Source: Massalongia carnosa
Lineage: Eukaryota
Length of the DNA: 64,000 nucleotides
Assembly (NCBI GenBank): GCA_965645245.1
Contig: OZ287075.1
Coordinates: 1,116,001 to 1,180,000, forward strand
Direction of reading: 5' to 3'
Positions within the stretch are counted from its first letter, which is position 1. Each line of letters begins with the position of its first letter. Position numbers and translations under genes: made by a program. The notes under the pieces are model-generated. The model did no database searches and had not been told where the DNA came from. It saw only the letters and a program-made list of their open reading frames with translations. Positions 51,119-64,000 of this stretch are shown one piece after another.

Positions 51119-53452
51119 TCAGGAATCAACGGTTTTCCCGCCGCAGTCCGGGATTTTGAGACCGTGCTTGAGGTTGCGGTCAATGCCCATCAAGCCCCAT
51201 TTGTCTTCCCAGTTCTGGTCATCATGGTTGTATCGGATTTTCCACGGCTCGTCAAAAGCTTCGAACCTGGTGAATGAGAAAAGCGTTAGCACGGAAGTTG
51301 TGCCCTCATCATCCATTATCACACCTTGTAGCTTCAGTGCCCAACGAAAGAATGGTGAGACTTACCAAAAGTACTCTGTCCCGTTCGACAGACTCTGACA
51401 CACAAAATCCCCCATGAAGTGGTTCATCTCGTCGATGCCCGCCACACTGCTCGACTTGATCGCGTCCGTACAATTAACCGCACCGCAGTCTCTCCCACCT
51501 CCACTTGGCCATCCCACCTCGGAGATGATATTCTTCTTCTTCGTTCCCTGCGTTAAAACGACATCCTTTTGTTGCCAAAAATTCCAGGTCCACGCCGTTG
51601 CCACATCAACCTCAACGCCGGCAAAGAACGGGTGTATGTTCGACATGACAATATCGACCTCCGCAGCCAGGGCGGCCTGCCAGTTATCGCCTAGATCGGA
51701 GGTGGCGACTGGGAGGTCGAACTTCTGTGCTGTAAAGTTTTGTTTCACATCTGCAAGGACTTTGCTAAGCTCCACTTCGGTCATATCCTCTCTGTAGAGC
51801 ACTTCGTTGCCGATGATGACACCCGCAAACGGATCTGCCCCGTTCTTGGCGAGGATCTCGTACATGGCATTCATACCGCGTTCGTTGGTGGTAACGTTCC
51901 TCGCAAGCCAGACCCCGAGCCAGACTTTCATGTCCGTGAGGCCGAGCCGATCGATGGCGTGGAGCACCATTTCGGTCTGATTGCAATCTGTACCATACAG
52001 CCGGATGGCCTTAGTGAGCTGGGAGAGAACCGCCATATCCCTCGTGATGTTGTTTTGGCTCGGTGGATTGGTGAGGCAGGCAGGGTATTGCGCATTGAAT
52101 GGTGTATAAGCTATACCCGGGAAGACTTTGTGCAGGTCGGGGTTATTCATCAACTTCTTGATTTCCGCCGAGTCCTTGCCCAAGTCTCCATTACCGTCAT
52201 CTTCAGCGGCACTCTTTCCTGTGTTCTTTGCGGGAGAGTCGGATTTGTTGGACTTTGCACCGTTAATGCCACCAATCACCCCTCCAACGACAGCACCTAT
52301 AATGAGCATCACAATCACAATACCGACAATCCATCTTAGCTTGGACCGCCCTGAAGTCTGTCTCTTCAGCCAGTCGCTCTTTTCTTCCCCTCCGTCATCA
52401 AACGCTGATACCGGAACAGGTCCGTACTGCCCGCTAGGATCTCTGCCCCCCTCGGCGACAGCGTTTTTTCGCCCAACCAAGCCTCCAAGAGCACCAAGTA
52501 CTCCACCTCCTGCGGCACCTCCTGCGGCACCTCCTGTAGCAGTACCAGCAGGGATGGAAGAGTCCGGCTGTGCTTTTAGACCCAGCATCGATTTCCTGCG
52601 AGGCACAGCTGGCGCGAACCCATCATCTCCATCATCCTCAATGTCGTTTGGATCTATATTACCATGGCCCACCCGAGGGTCCCAAGCCGTCGAGAATCTC
52701 TTGTAGGGATTGTCTAAATAAGAACCTTGGCCGCCATGTATGTCATCTTGCGAGGGGTGTCCGTTTATCGGAATGTTGGTACGCGATTGATACGCTTGAG
52801 GAGTTAACTGCCCGGGGGATGGATTTGCGGAAATCTGTCGATTTTCGTCATCGAAAGGATCCGATGTGGACGGGACTGGCGATGCATATGGATCCTGGCG
52901 ATGTGGGCCTCGAAATCCAGAGGGTGTGTTGGGAACGTAAGGGGTGTCTGACCCAATGGTATTATGCGCCCGCTCTTGAGGAAGGCTTAGATTTGGTTGG
53001 GGAAGTCTCTCGAGAGAGCGTAAAGCTTCCACTCCACTTTCTCTTTCGTTGGTGTTGGCGACCCCCATAGCAATCCCGGCGATGCCGCCCCCGGCTGCTG
53101 TCTCCCCCATGTTGTCAATGCCTGGAGTCGTTGTGGACGCTGTTCGCGTCGAGGTAGAATAGCCTAGATCGTGGGCTCTGTTGCGGAAATCTTGCCCTTG
53201 CCGAGGAGGATCTTGTACGGCAGAGTAGAAGGTAGGCGCTTGCGGCTGGGAATGCGAGGAGTCCGTGGGTTGAGGAACTTGAGGGTATGCTGCTGGATGA
53301 GAGCGATGAGTGGACGGAGATGAAGGACTGACGTTGTATTGGCGAGGAGGGGGGGTTGGATACGAGGAAGGTTGCATGTTTTGGGAATTGGGGTCTGAAT
53401 GGGGATAGTAAATCTGATCTGGCTGCACCTGCCCTTGCGAATTGAGGTACAT
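51119..53452 (-). CDS. btgC: GH17 endo-1,3-beta-glucosidase, type II membrane protein (BtgC-like). Exons 53452-51366, 51266-51119
   Basis: [77 protein letters not shown]. Confidence 0.9.
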
Positions 53453-54393
53453 TTCGTTCGGATTTCTGAAGGAGAAGGTATGATCTGATGGTCTATCGAT
53501 GACTAAAACCGACGGCTCTGAATGTATTTGAGAATGATAGATTGTAAGGGCTAAACAGAGAGGGACGGCGCACCAGGAGACGGATGATGAAGGGCCAGGA
53601 GCTGACAAGGGGTTCTCTCCACCGCATGAGCCGTGCTCCTTGTCTTCTCCTTTGTGGGGTCGTTCGTTTCAGAGCTTCCAGTTGATGGTGTCACGCGTTT
53701 CTCAGGACTAACATTATAGCAATAAGTATATCGGGTGGCTGTTCAGGTTCCTATGTTAAAATACTATGCGTGGAAGGAGGGAAATCTCAAGCTACTCTCG
53801 ACGTGGATACGAATACGGAAATGTGGAGCGCAACATTGCCGAAGCAACGCATTTCTTTTTTTAGATAACGAGACCGTCAAGCTATGGCTATCATCTACTC
53901 TAGAGTTGGAAGGCGGATTTATTATGAATTCAGCATTGCCGGTGTAAAAGCTCCGTATAGCCTGCAGCCTTCTAACTCGACCTTCGCAATGGAAAACCAA
54001 GCATCGAGCCACGGACATACCCTTTTGCGTCAAACATCCGACTATGGTGAGCACCAACAATCGCGTCTGAGTGTCGTCGTTCAGAAAGTTAGATGTCACC
54101 AAACCGCCAAATAACTAAATGCGCTTGGAATCATCAATTCGAGGTGAAGGGCTCACCAAAAAGAAGGCATCGTTCAGTGAGGAAAAGCACCCCAAATCCC
54201 AGACCTGGGGCTTCAGACATGTAGTATAAAAGAGAAAGACGCTTTCGCCAAAAGGAATGCCAAAGGTCCATTCAAATGCTCATGGAAATCGCAACACACG
54301 AAACTCCAACACTGGGGAACATAAATAGCGTTATGGGGACCATCAACTAGGTTGAAAACGTCGTCCCTTCCCTGCAATAACCTCAAGTGACCT

Positions 54394-55713
<1,320 letters not shown>

Positions 55714-55999
55714 AATCAGACGAGAAGAGATGAGCTGAAAAGCTTGCGCTTGGTGAAGGATTCCTTGCCGCAAAACAGCTCGAGTCCAATATTGCTGCTT
55801 AACACCACACAAAACTTCAATCGACTGTCCAACCGTAACACCCATTCACATGGGAAATGTTGCGCTAGTCTAGAGCAAATGATGACATATTTGCAACAAG
55901 CAGCGTGAAGGAACGAGTTACCTGGAGTTTGCATGTCGAGTCTCGATGCTCGATGTTATTTATCTCCAGGACTCTCGGCGTTAAGACTTTTGTTTGTGA

Positions 56000-57649
56000 T
56001 TGACACCGAAGTCCTGATAATACGCTAATGCGGGCAAAAAACGCCACGTAGATTTAGCGTTAAAAATGCTATAGGCAGATCATTCAAAGTGGTAACAACA
56101 AGGTCGAAACTTCAGCTTTTGATGTTTGTTTTATTATCAAATTTTCTATAATATATTTTATATAATAATGGGTGATTCACGAACAGTAAATTATACAATA
56201 GCTGCAAGATTACAGGCTCTTTCTTTGGTTGAACATGGAGTTGGAATAGATGCAGCTGCTACAGCCTCCGGTATGACTTCTATAACCGTCAGACGTCTGA
56301 GAAAAAAAGCTAGAGAACGAGGTTTGATCCGGAGGTCTCTTCTGTTATGAAAGAAGAATATGTCAAAGATGCACCTCGTTCAGGTCGTCCACCGAAGGTG
56401 ACTTCGGAGGTTGAATCTGACATTTTGACAACAGTTCGAAAAGACGCAAATGGTCGAGAAAAACCAGCCGCAGTGCTTGCATATGAGCACAATGTCTCCG
56501 CAACATCTATTCTTCGAGTTCTAAAACGCAATCGTTTGCGATAGCGTAAAACAACTAAAAAACCAGTCTCACTCCTGCAATGATGGAGGCTCGATATCAG
56601 TTCGCCTTGCGACATGAACACTGGACGATCGAAGACTGGAAGAAGGTCATTTGGACCGACGAAACAAGCATTTGTTTGGGCACTCGTCGAGCATGCATAC
56701 GAGTATGGCGCGATTCAACCGAATCGTACAATAAAACTTGCGTTCGTCGACGATGGAAAGAATATTCGGAGTTCATGTTTTGGGATTCTTTTAGTTATGA
56801 TAAGAAAGATCCTATGCACATTTGAAAAGACGAGACCGCTGCTGAAAAGAAGGATGCAATTGAGCATTTAAAACGACTCAACGACATTTCAGAACCTGCA
56901 GCGAAAGAAGAATGGGAATTAACCAACGGAATAAGACGAATGGGACTACGAAGTCCTGGAGGTCGAAAGCCCACTTGGACATGGAACAAAGCTCACGGTA
57001 AAATGGAGCGAGATAGGAAAGGAAAAATTGACTGGTATCGCTATCAAATTCATATATTAATTCCCAAATTGATTCCCTTCGCTCTTCACTGCATGATAAA
57101 TCGTCCGGACACTTTGATACAGGAAGACAAGGCTCCCAGTCATGCTTGTAAGCATCAGGATCAGATATTTATGAATGCAGGAGTTATGCGCTTGATTTGG
57201 CCCGGAAATTCTCCTGATCTCAATATGATCGAGACTTGTTGGGCCTGGATGAAGCGACAAACCACCCGAAGAGGCTGTCCGACGAACAGAATCATCATGG
57301 AAAAGGTTTGGACTCGGTGCTGGAAAAAGACATTGACTCAGAAACGTATTCAGCACTGGATTGAGCGCATACCTCGTCATATTCAGCAGGTTATAGCTTT
57401 AGAGGGTGGGAATCAGTATCGCGAAGGTTCCACCGAAGCAGAAAGCGGAGTTCGTCTTTATATCAGTGAAGAACGAAAAGAACGATATGATCGAGGTCGA
57501 CGAGGCCTTCGAGCTGGTGATAATAGTAATAATAGTAGCGATGACGAGGTGGATGACTAGAAATTCCAGAATTCGGCACTATAACCTGCCAAGACACTAG
57601 TATTAGCTTTACATTAGCGTATTATCAGGACTTTCGGTGTCAACCTCTG
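56000..57649 (+). mobile_element. Degenerate Tc1-like (DD34E) DNA transposon; transposase pseudogene 56168-57560
   Basis: ~31-bp TIRs TTGACACCGAA(A)GTCCTGATAATACGCTAATG at 56000-56030 and 57612-57643. DAPRSGRP, WTDET, QEDKAPSH, SPDLNMIE. Several frameshifts and stops. Confidence 0.92.
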
Positions 57650-57850
57650 TGGATTAAATACCACCTCGCCTAAGCCGAGATAATGGGTTGTAAAGAAGAG
57701 GTGATACAACTGGTGCAAGGTACGAGTACCTTGGACTTTGAAGTTGTACTTCGTTAGTCCTATTGGGTATGTATCTGTACCTAGATATAAGGTACTTTGG
57801 GAGTGCATTTAATCTGCTCATTAGGGGCATCTTCATAAACAGGCTTCTTA

Positions 57851-60696
57851 TCACAAGTGCCCGAAGTTCCTTATACCCCAACCATCGGCACTCTCACTCC
57901 GCTCGGAAACCCCCGTCTCCCTCCAACAAGTTCTCATCCCCAAAATCCCACTTCCTAGCCGTAAACTTCTTCCCCTTCCGCATTTCAGCAGCAGGCGTTA
58001 CGTTCTTCGACTTCCGATTCGCCGCCGGGCTCCCGCCATAACCCAACCTCTTTTCCGAATTCAAGCTTAGTGTATTGAGCTGGAAGAGCGTCGTGCCGCA
58101 ATCATCGTCGTCTACATGATCTCCCTCTGCAAACCTCGCAAAAGGGTGCTGCTGGAAGGGTGGGTGCGGTTGCAGCGGCGTTTTGGCAATCTTGGGGACA
58201 GATCGGGTGGGCGATCGGAACTGGACTTCGCGCTCGAGGGCGTCAATTTTACGGCGTAGGGTCTCGTTTTCGGCTTCAAGGTCTTGGGTGCGCGCATCTG
58301 GAAATAAAGGACCGTCTTCATGGACTAATTTTGATCAAGTTAGTTTTGGGGCGATGGGGCAAGAAGATAAATGTATAGAGGCAAGAAGTGAGGGTTGGTT
58401 GGGTTCTTCACTTTTGATGCCTTGAGAAAGAATTTCAAGCTTGCGGTCTAGATGCTCGTCGTTACGGTCGGCCTTTGCTTGTGTTAGTATAATTTCCAAT
58501 CAAGTTCTTTGTAGAAAGCAGACACACCTCTTCGCCCCAAGCGCGCATCCATCTCCGTCGCTCTTCGTCTATTTTCCTCTCCATCTCACCACAGCATTCT
58601 TCCCTCGCTTCCCGCTCCACTTCTTCCGCCTTCTCCTCCGCCTTTCGCCATGCCTCCTCCGCCTCTCTTCTACGTCCTTCCTCACCCGTTAATCGGACAT
58701 TTAGGATTTCTACCTCCTCACTCAATCTCGCAATTTCAGAGAACGCCATTTCCACAACGGCCTCGTCGGCAATGGCCGCGTTCGGCGACGTCCTACCGCT
58801 TGCAAATCGAGACTTATGAGACCTAGAGTTTGAAGTCGTTCCAAAGAGGATCGTACTGGACACGGAAGGAATCCGAGGTACAGTGACCTCGCGAGCTAGA
58901 GCAGAGTAACGAAGGATTTGTGATGTGGCATTAAAATCACCGAGTGGATCTGCAGTCACAATCATAATGGCCTTTTGAGGGGTGCGATGTTGTTGGGGTG
59001 GGTGAGAAGAGTGATACGAAGATGACGGGAAAGAGTTGGAGAAAAGCAGTTCAGTTAGTTTGCATTGGCGGAAAGGTACAATCGAAGGCTATGGCGTAAT
59101 GAGTATAATTACAACAGCTCATAACGGAAAACTCACCTTTGAGCCATCGTGGCAATCGCTTTGCATCTGGAGGCATTGCCCCAAATACATCAGGCTTTCA
59201 TTGATCTTTCCAGCTTCAGCAAGCGTTGCTCCGGCAGTCTTTGCATTTCTGGCACGTTCAGACCCTGATAAGACCATCAGCAGCAGATATTCAATCCATT
59301 CCACCTATCTCTACTCACCCGCCAAATCGACGATTGTAAGCTGTGCTCCACTCCAGGGAGTTGAAGTGCCACCCGTTGGTCGCCTCTTGACTTCAACGCA
59401 AAAGAAGCCATGACTTCGTGAGCTGACGCTATTACTCCCAGTTCCAGCAACTCTTCGCTCCATCAAACCGGTCTCCAAGACCATCAGCGCTTCTTCGTAA
59501 TTCCCGCAAACAATCTTCCGGAGTCCGGCAACGACTTTGCGATCCGGTGAAGCTTTGGTAGACTTGAAAAGTAGGGGCCTTTGTCGAAGATCTTTCAAGT
59601 TGCGTGGGTGCGAGAGAAGATCAAAAATTCGATCGTTGTAAACTTCGTACATTGAGACGAGTATTGCGTACTCGGTATTCGAGGCAGGTAGAACAGATAG
59701 ATCTCTAACGTCTGGGAATTTGGGAAGGGTCGAGGGTCTCTGGGGGACATTGCGCTTGGGAACGCTGGGCACGAGAGTTGGGTCCTGCATAATATTGCCG
59801 AAGCCCAGTTTAGCTTGGGGTATGCCAAAACGGTAGCTGGGAAGGGATGGCCTTTGCTTTAGAAGAGCCACTATCGTTCTCGAAACAAATGATTGGGGAA
59901 GTATGTTCAACAAAGGAGAGTTCTGCACCTGGGGCTGGTGAAGCGGTACGTAAACCCAAAATGGACCATTGGCTATATAGTCCGATTGAAGGGGGTTTCT
60001 TCACTAATGAAGTAGATGAATCACTTACCATCATCGGTGTTGGAGCACGCGAGTTGCCGCGTTCCTGTAGACTCTCCCCGTACACACTATCAAGGAAGTT
60101 TGACGCCGAGAGAATTTGGCCTTCAGACATATCTGTGGCGCTGAGGGAAGACACTAGAGAGAGGCTAGTTGAAGGATGCAAAGTCTTTTGGTCAAGGGAG
60201 CAATAGAGAAGATCTAGGGATAGCTGAGTGAGGCCTCGTTGTGATCGCGAACCCAGAATCGTATGGCTCTTATCGAGAATTAGCCTTGCTTTCCAATGCC
60301 GACCACCCGACAAGTTCAGACCTTCCCAGAACCAGTAACCCCCAAAGTAGCCAACAATCCATCTCTGCCTTCGCATAGCACGCCTTCTACCAGAGGAACG
60401 ACTCCGGTTCCTCTGAATATGTCCAGTTGCGAAGCCTCTTCTTGGAAAACTTTCGTGAAGGCAAATTTCTCGATGGCTCGTTTTCTAGAGTCGCTTGGTG
60501 GATGAATGGTGATATGTGTGGGTATACAATCTTGTACATCTTGCGCCGGGGGCTCGACCGTTAGATATCGTTCCGGCGGTGCGAGGAGTGGATACAAAGA
60601 TTGTTGTGTAAGCTGGACTAATGGTGATGGTGCCGGCCTGAGGCGGAGGTAAACCTGGAATAGTGATGTTTGCGACGGCTTTGGAGATTGGTCCAT
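57851..60696 (-). CDS. Kinesin-6 family motor (Klp9/MKLP-like). Approximate exons 60696-60322, 60268-60029, 59784-59319, 59264-59138, 59089-58528, 58472-57851
   Basis: VYLRLRP, P-loop GVTGSGKSHT, long loop-6 insert, SMYEVYND, NSVSSRSH, IVDLAGSER, VPFRQCKLTELL and a coiled-coil tail. Confidence 0.88.
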
Positions 60697-60928
60697 CTGT
60701 GCAACTGTGAGTTATGCAACCGAGTTCAGCTAAAAGTCATGAGGTACCCTTTAAAGTCTCAGAAGAAGCGTGGTCTTGGAATAACGTTTCGTCCGGGATA
60801 TTTACTTTCAAGAGAAAATCGGTTGCTGGGGAAGCGCGCTCGGACCAAGACACCTTTTCATCTCTCCGCCACCCAATTACCTTCATGCCTTTAATCGTCG
60901 GCCTCGCTTAGCTGCCTCCATACGTAGG

Positions 60929-62829
60929 CACGCGGTGCGAAAAATAGTTGACACACCAAAAATATAAAATAATCATGATAGGCTACATCGTTAAGTAATA
61001 CATTTCAAAAAAGTTAAGGTGAATTTGATCACATAACTCTATTACTCTATCAAGTCTGTTTTACTGGTTCATCTGTTGTTGATTTTCTACGAAGGATGAC
61101 GCTGAAAGTCCTTGCTAACGCTAAATATGCAGCTAAAAAAGCCACTTTACATGGGTATATTTGCATGGATATACATATCAATCAATCGAATAATCGCATG
61201 AAGCTATTTAGAGTTACCACCTCTATCATCTTTATCACTCACATTCATCGCTGTCAGTGCTTTCTTTGAGATGAGCGCGATGATATCGAAAACGGCGATC
61301 TTCTTTATTATACGGTCGTACAACTCCGATCTCTCTACCTTCTCTATACTCGTTACCTCCGTCCAACAATATCACCTCGTCAACATGTCGCTTTATACGT
61401 TCAATCCAGGACTGAATTCTTTTCTGCGTCAACTCCTCCGTCCAGCACTTTGTCCAGGCCTTTTCAGCCTCAATACGAGTCCGCGGAGCACCTAATCGAG
61501 TGGTTCTTCGCTTCATCCAGAACCAACAAGGCTCGATCATGTTCAGATCAGGAGAATTTCCAGGCCATAACAGACGCATGACGTTGAAATCCATAAAGAT
61601 CAGATTTTGATGTTTGGATGCGTGACTGGGGGCCTTGTCTTCCTGTACGATAGTGTTTGGTCGATCTATCATACATTCTTTTGCAAACGGAAGAAGCTTA
61701 GGAATTAAGACGAGTTTTTGATAACGATACCAGTCCACACCTCCCTTGCCATCTCGAACGACTTTACCGTGTGTTTTATCCCATTTCCAGATAGGTTTTC
61801 GACCTCCTGGATTACGTAGCTTCATTCGTCTCATGCTGGTTTCTAACTCCCAATTCTCTTTAGCTTCTGATTCTAAAGTCTCATTGAGTTTATCTAACTC
61901 AATTTGAGCCTCTCTTTTCTCTTTTGCAGTCTCTGTTTTCCAGATATGAAAAGGTCCTTCCTTATCGTACGAAAAACATCCCCAAAACAAAAACTCGGAG
62001 CATCCTTTCCATCTACGTCGAATACAAGTTTTAGCATACATTTCTTTCGAGGTACGCCACTGAAGTCTTCTTCCACGTCTAGAACCCAATATAATGCTTG
62101 TTTCGTCAGTCCATATAACGTTCTTCCAATCATCAATAGTCCAGTGCTGATATCGCAAACAAAATTGCAGACGAGCCTCTTTCATGATCGAATCTAGACC
62201 TGGCTTTTTCGTGCTTTTACAGGGGCGAAACCCATTCTGTTTAAGCGTACGAAGTATAGTAGTGGAGGAGAGTTTATGATCAAAGCCAATCATAGCTGAT
62301 GATTTTTCTCTGCTATTTCGATCTTGCACTACATTATTCAATATAGCTTGCTCTACCTCCGGTGTAACCTTTTAGGTCGTCCTGAACGAGGTGCATCTTC
62401 TATGTATTCTACTTTTAAAACACGAGATACAACTGGATCATATCCACGCTGTCGTGCTTTGATTTTGAGAGCTGAAATCGATCTTGTGGAGACTCCAGTC
62501 ACTTCTTGCACGATTTTCGCCGCAATTCCGTGTTCTACAAGCGCTAAAGCCTGTATTCTTTGTGCAATCGTGAGACTATTGCTCTGTGCATTGGGCATGA
62601 TAATGATGATGATTAAAACCTTCTACTGAATATCAGATGTAGTAGTACTGTCTTTTTGACGAAGAGAACAGAAGCAATTCGAGATTTTTTAGTACTGTAT
62701 TCCCCTTGTAAGCTAATAAACACTAATGCACGTCTCATGTACGCTAGCAAGGACCTTCAGCGTCATCCTTCGTATATTATGTTGAAGCTTTGACAGTTGT
62801 GTAGTTTTATACTTTTTTCGCACCGTGTG
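60929..62829. mobile_element. ~215-bp MITE-like element split by the Tc1 insertion (60929-61089 plus 62773-62829)
   Basis: Inverted repeats CACGCGGTGCGAAAAA (60929) and TTTTTCGCACCGTGTG (ends 62829) enclose short AT-rich non-coding DNA plus the nested element. Confidence 0.7.
61090..62772 (-). mobile_element. Near-intact Tc1-like DD34E transposon (1683 bp); transposase 62598-61235 with one frameshift at ~62370
   Basis: TIRs CGAAGGATGACGCTGAARGTCCTTGCTA at both ends, flanked by a TA TSD (61088-89, 62773-74). WTDET, QED-34-E (SPDLNMIE). Confidence 0.95.
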
Positions 62830-62842
62830 GGTGTTAACCTAG

Positions 62843-64000
62843 CACGCGGGTGAAAAAAAAAGGGCAAGGTGAGCCGAAATTCCCCCACCAAAACTTACCC
62901 TTTTCTTCCCTTTTTTCTTCCCCATCTTCTTCCCCATTCAACATTTCAATTCGTATGACCATTGAAATTCTACATACATTCTATTCAATGGCCAGTCATC
63001 GCCCCCTCAGCCCTAATTACCTCTTCCAATCGTTTGGGCATTGATCGAACTCTTTCATTGATGAATTCCTGCGTCACCCGTTCCCATCCATCCCTAATCA
63101 GCTGCTTCAAGCTGACATCGTCCCGATGAGGATACTTTCGAACATGCTGCTTCGCTGGCTGCCAGCAATTTTCTATAGGGGACAAATCAGGTGATGAGGC
63201 ACAATTGAAATAATGCTCTAAATGATGATCTTCCTTCCATTTCTTGACGGCATTTCTTGTCTTGCCCGTGCCATGACCAGAGTCTCCATCTTCTTCAAGT
63301 ACGTAGTCATCCCCACGCTCCAGCCAGGGCTTGACGACGGGGTCAAGAACGGATTCAATATACACCTGATGAGTCATTTTACCATTGCTGTTGCCCGGCA
63401 CGTCATGAAAGATAATATCCGACTTGAAATTGTAGCCAATTGCAGCCTAGCAATGTTTTCGTTTTCGATCTTTCTCAGGAGGCGGGTCACGATGCTGTAT
63501 GCAATCCCAACGATATCGTGTTCCGGGCTGACGAATGATTCGTAACTGTCCTTCCGGCCCATATCCAAAATGAATCTCATCACTAAATCGTACGCGATCC
63601 CATTGCTCCGGTTTGGGATATCTGGTCAGCATCATGTGAGCAAATTCGACCCGTCTTTCCATAGGTGGGTTGGCCAGCCATCCCTTGACGCAGGCCAGAC
63701 ATTTCTCATAGTTTAGAGCAGCCGACATAACATTGTGCATTGTACGACCGACAACGTCGGCCCCAATCTCCATAGCCAATTGTTCCCATATGTATCGTTT
63801 TCCTTCCAACTGTAGCCCCTTATCTTGTAGAATGTGATCTGCCTCCTGTATTTGTGCTTCCGTGACTTTTAATTTGCGACCGCGTGGCTCAACGAGCGTT
63901 GAATGATGTCTTCTTCTAGAAGATGCTCCGTTTCGAATGATCTTATAGCCCTGTCTCTCGCTTCGAATGCCAAAATGCTGAAAAACCTCTCGAGGATCGA
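62843..64000 (-). mobile_element. Tc1/mariner-superfamily transposon with DD38E spacing, running off the window end; transposase ends at 62985 with an in-frame stop at 63447
   Basis: [43 protein letters not shown]. Putative degenerate TIR CACGCGGGTGAAAAA at 62843. Confidence 0.88.

Noticed and set aside
53453..53608. N-terminal extension of the btgC ORF
   Set aside because: It begins at TTG; the first ATG, at 53452, is the plausible start.

Overview
Eukaryotic DNA from a filamentous ascomycete (Pezizomycotina-type short GT-AG introns with CTRAY branch points; a finer taxonomic call is not possible from this window). It contains about 16 intron-containing host genes: type II myosin (runs off the left edge), a Red1/ZFC3H1-like zf-C3H1 protein with an RRM, a Yra1/ALYREF-like RRM protein, a conserved hypothetical, CTI6, a STRAP-like WD40 protein, DOA1, a hypothetical membrane protein, NAPE-PLD, BCS1, a large Seg1-like low-complexity protein, a frameshifted BTB gene, a GPI-anchored BIM1-like His-brace protein, an SRR1-like protein, GH17 BtgC, an SDR dehydrogenase and a kinesin-6. 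Mobile DNA consists of a 5'-truncated Tad-like LINE with a 15-bp TSD, an internally deleted Copia fragment that still forms an open frame, and three Tc1/mariner elements, one nested inside a MITE. The most notable observations are a putative poison exon in the Yra1-like gene, a cluster of non-CpA (GG>GA) mutations in one transposon, clusters of a GTACGGAGTA motif in intergenic DNA, an RRM inside the Red1-like protein, and a tRNA-like relic. Exon boundaries were read by eye, and family assignments come from motif recognition without database searches.
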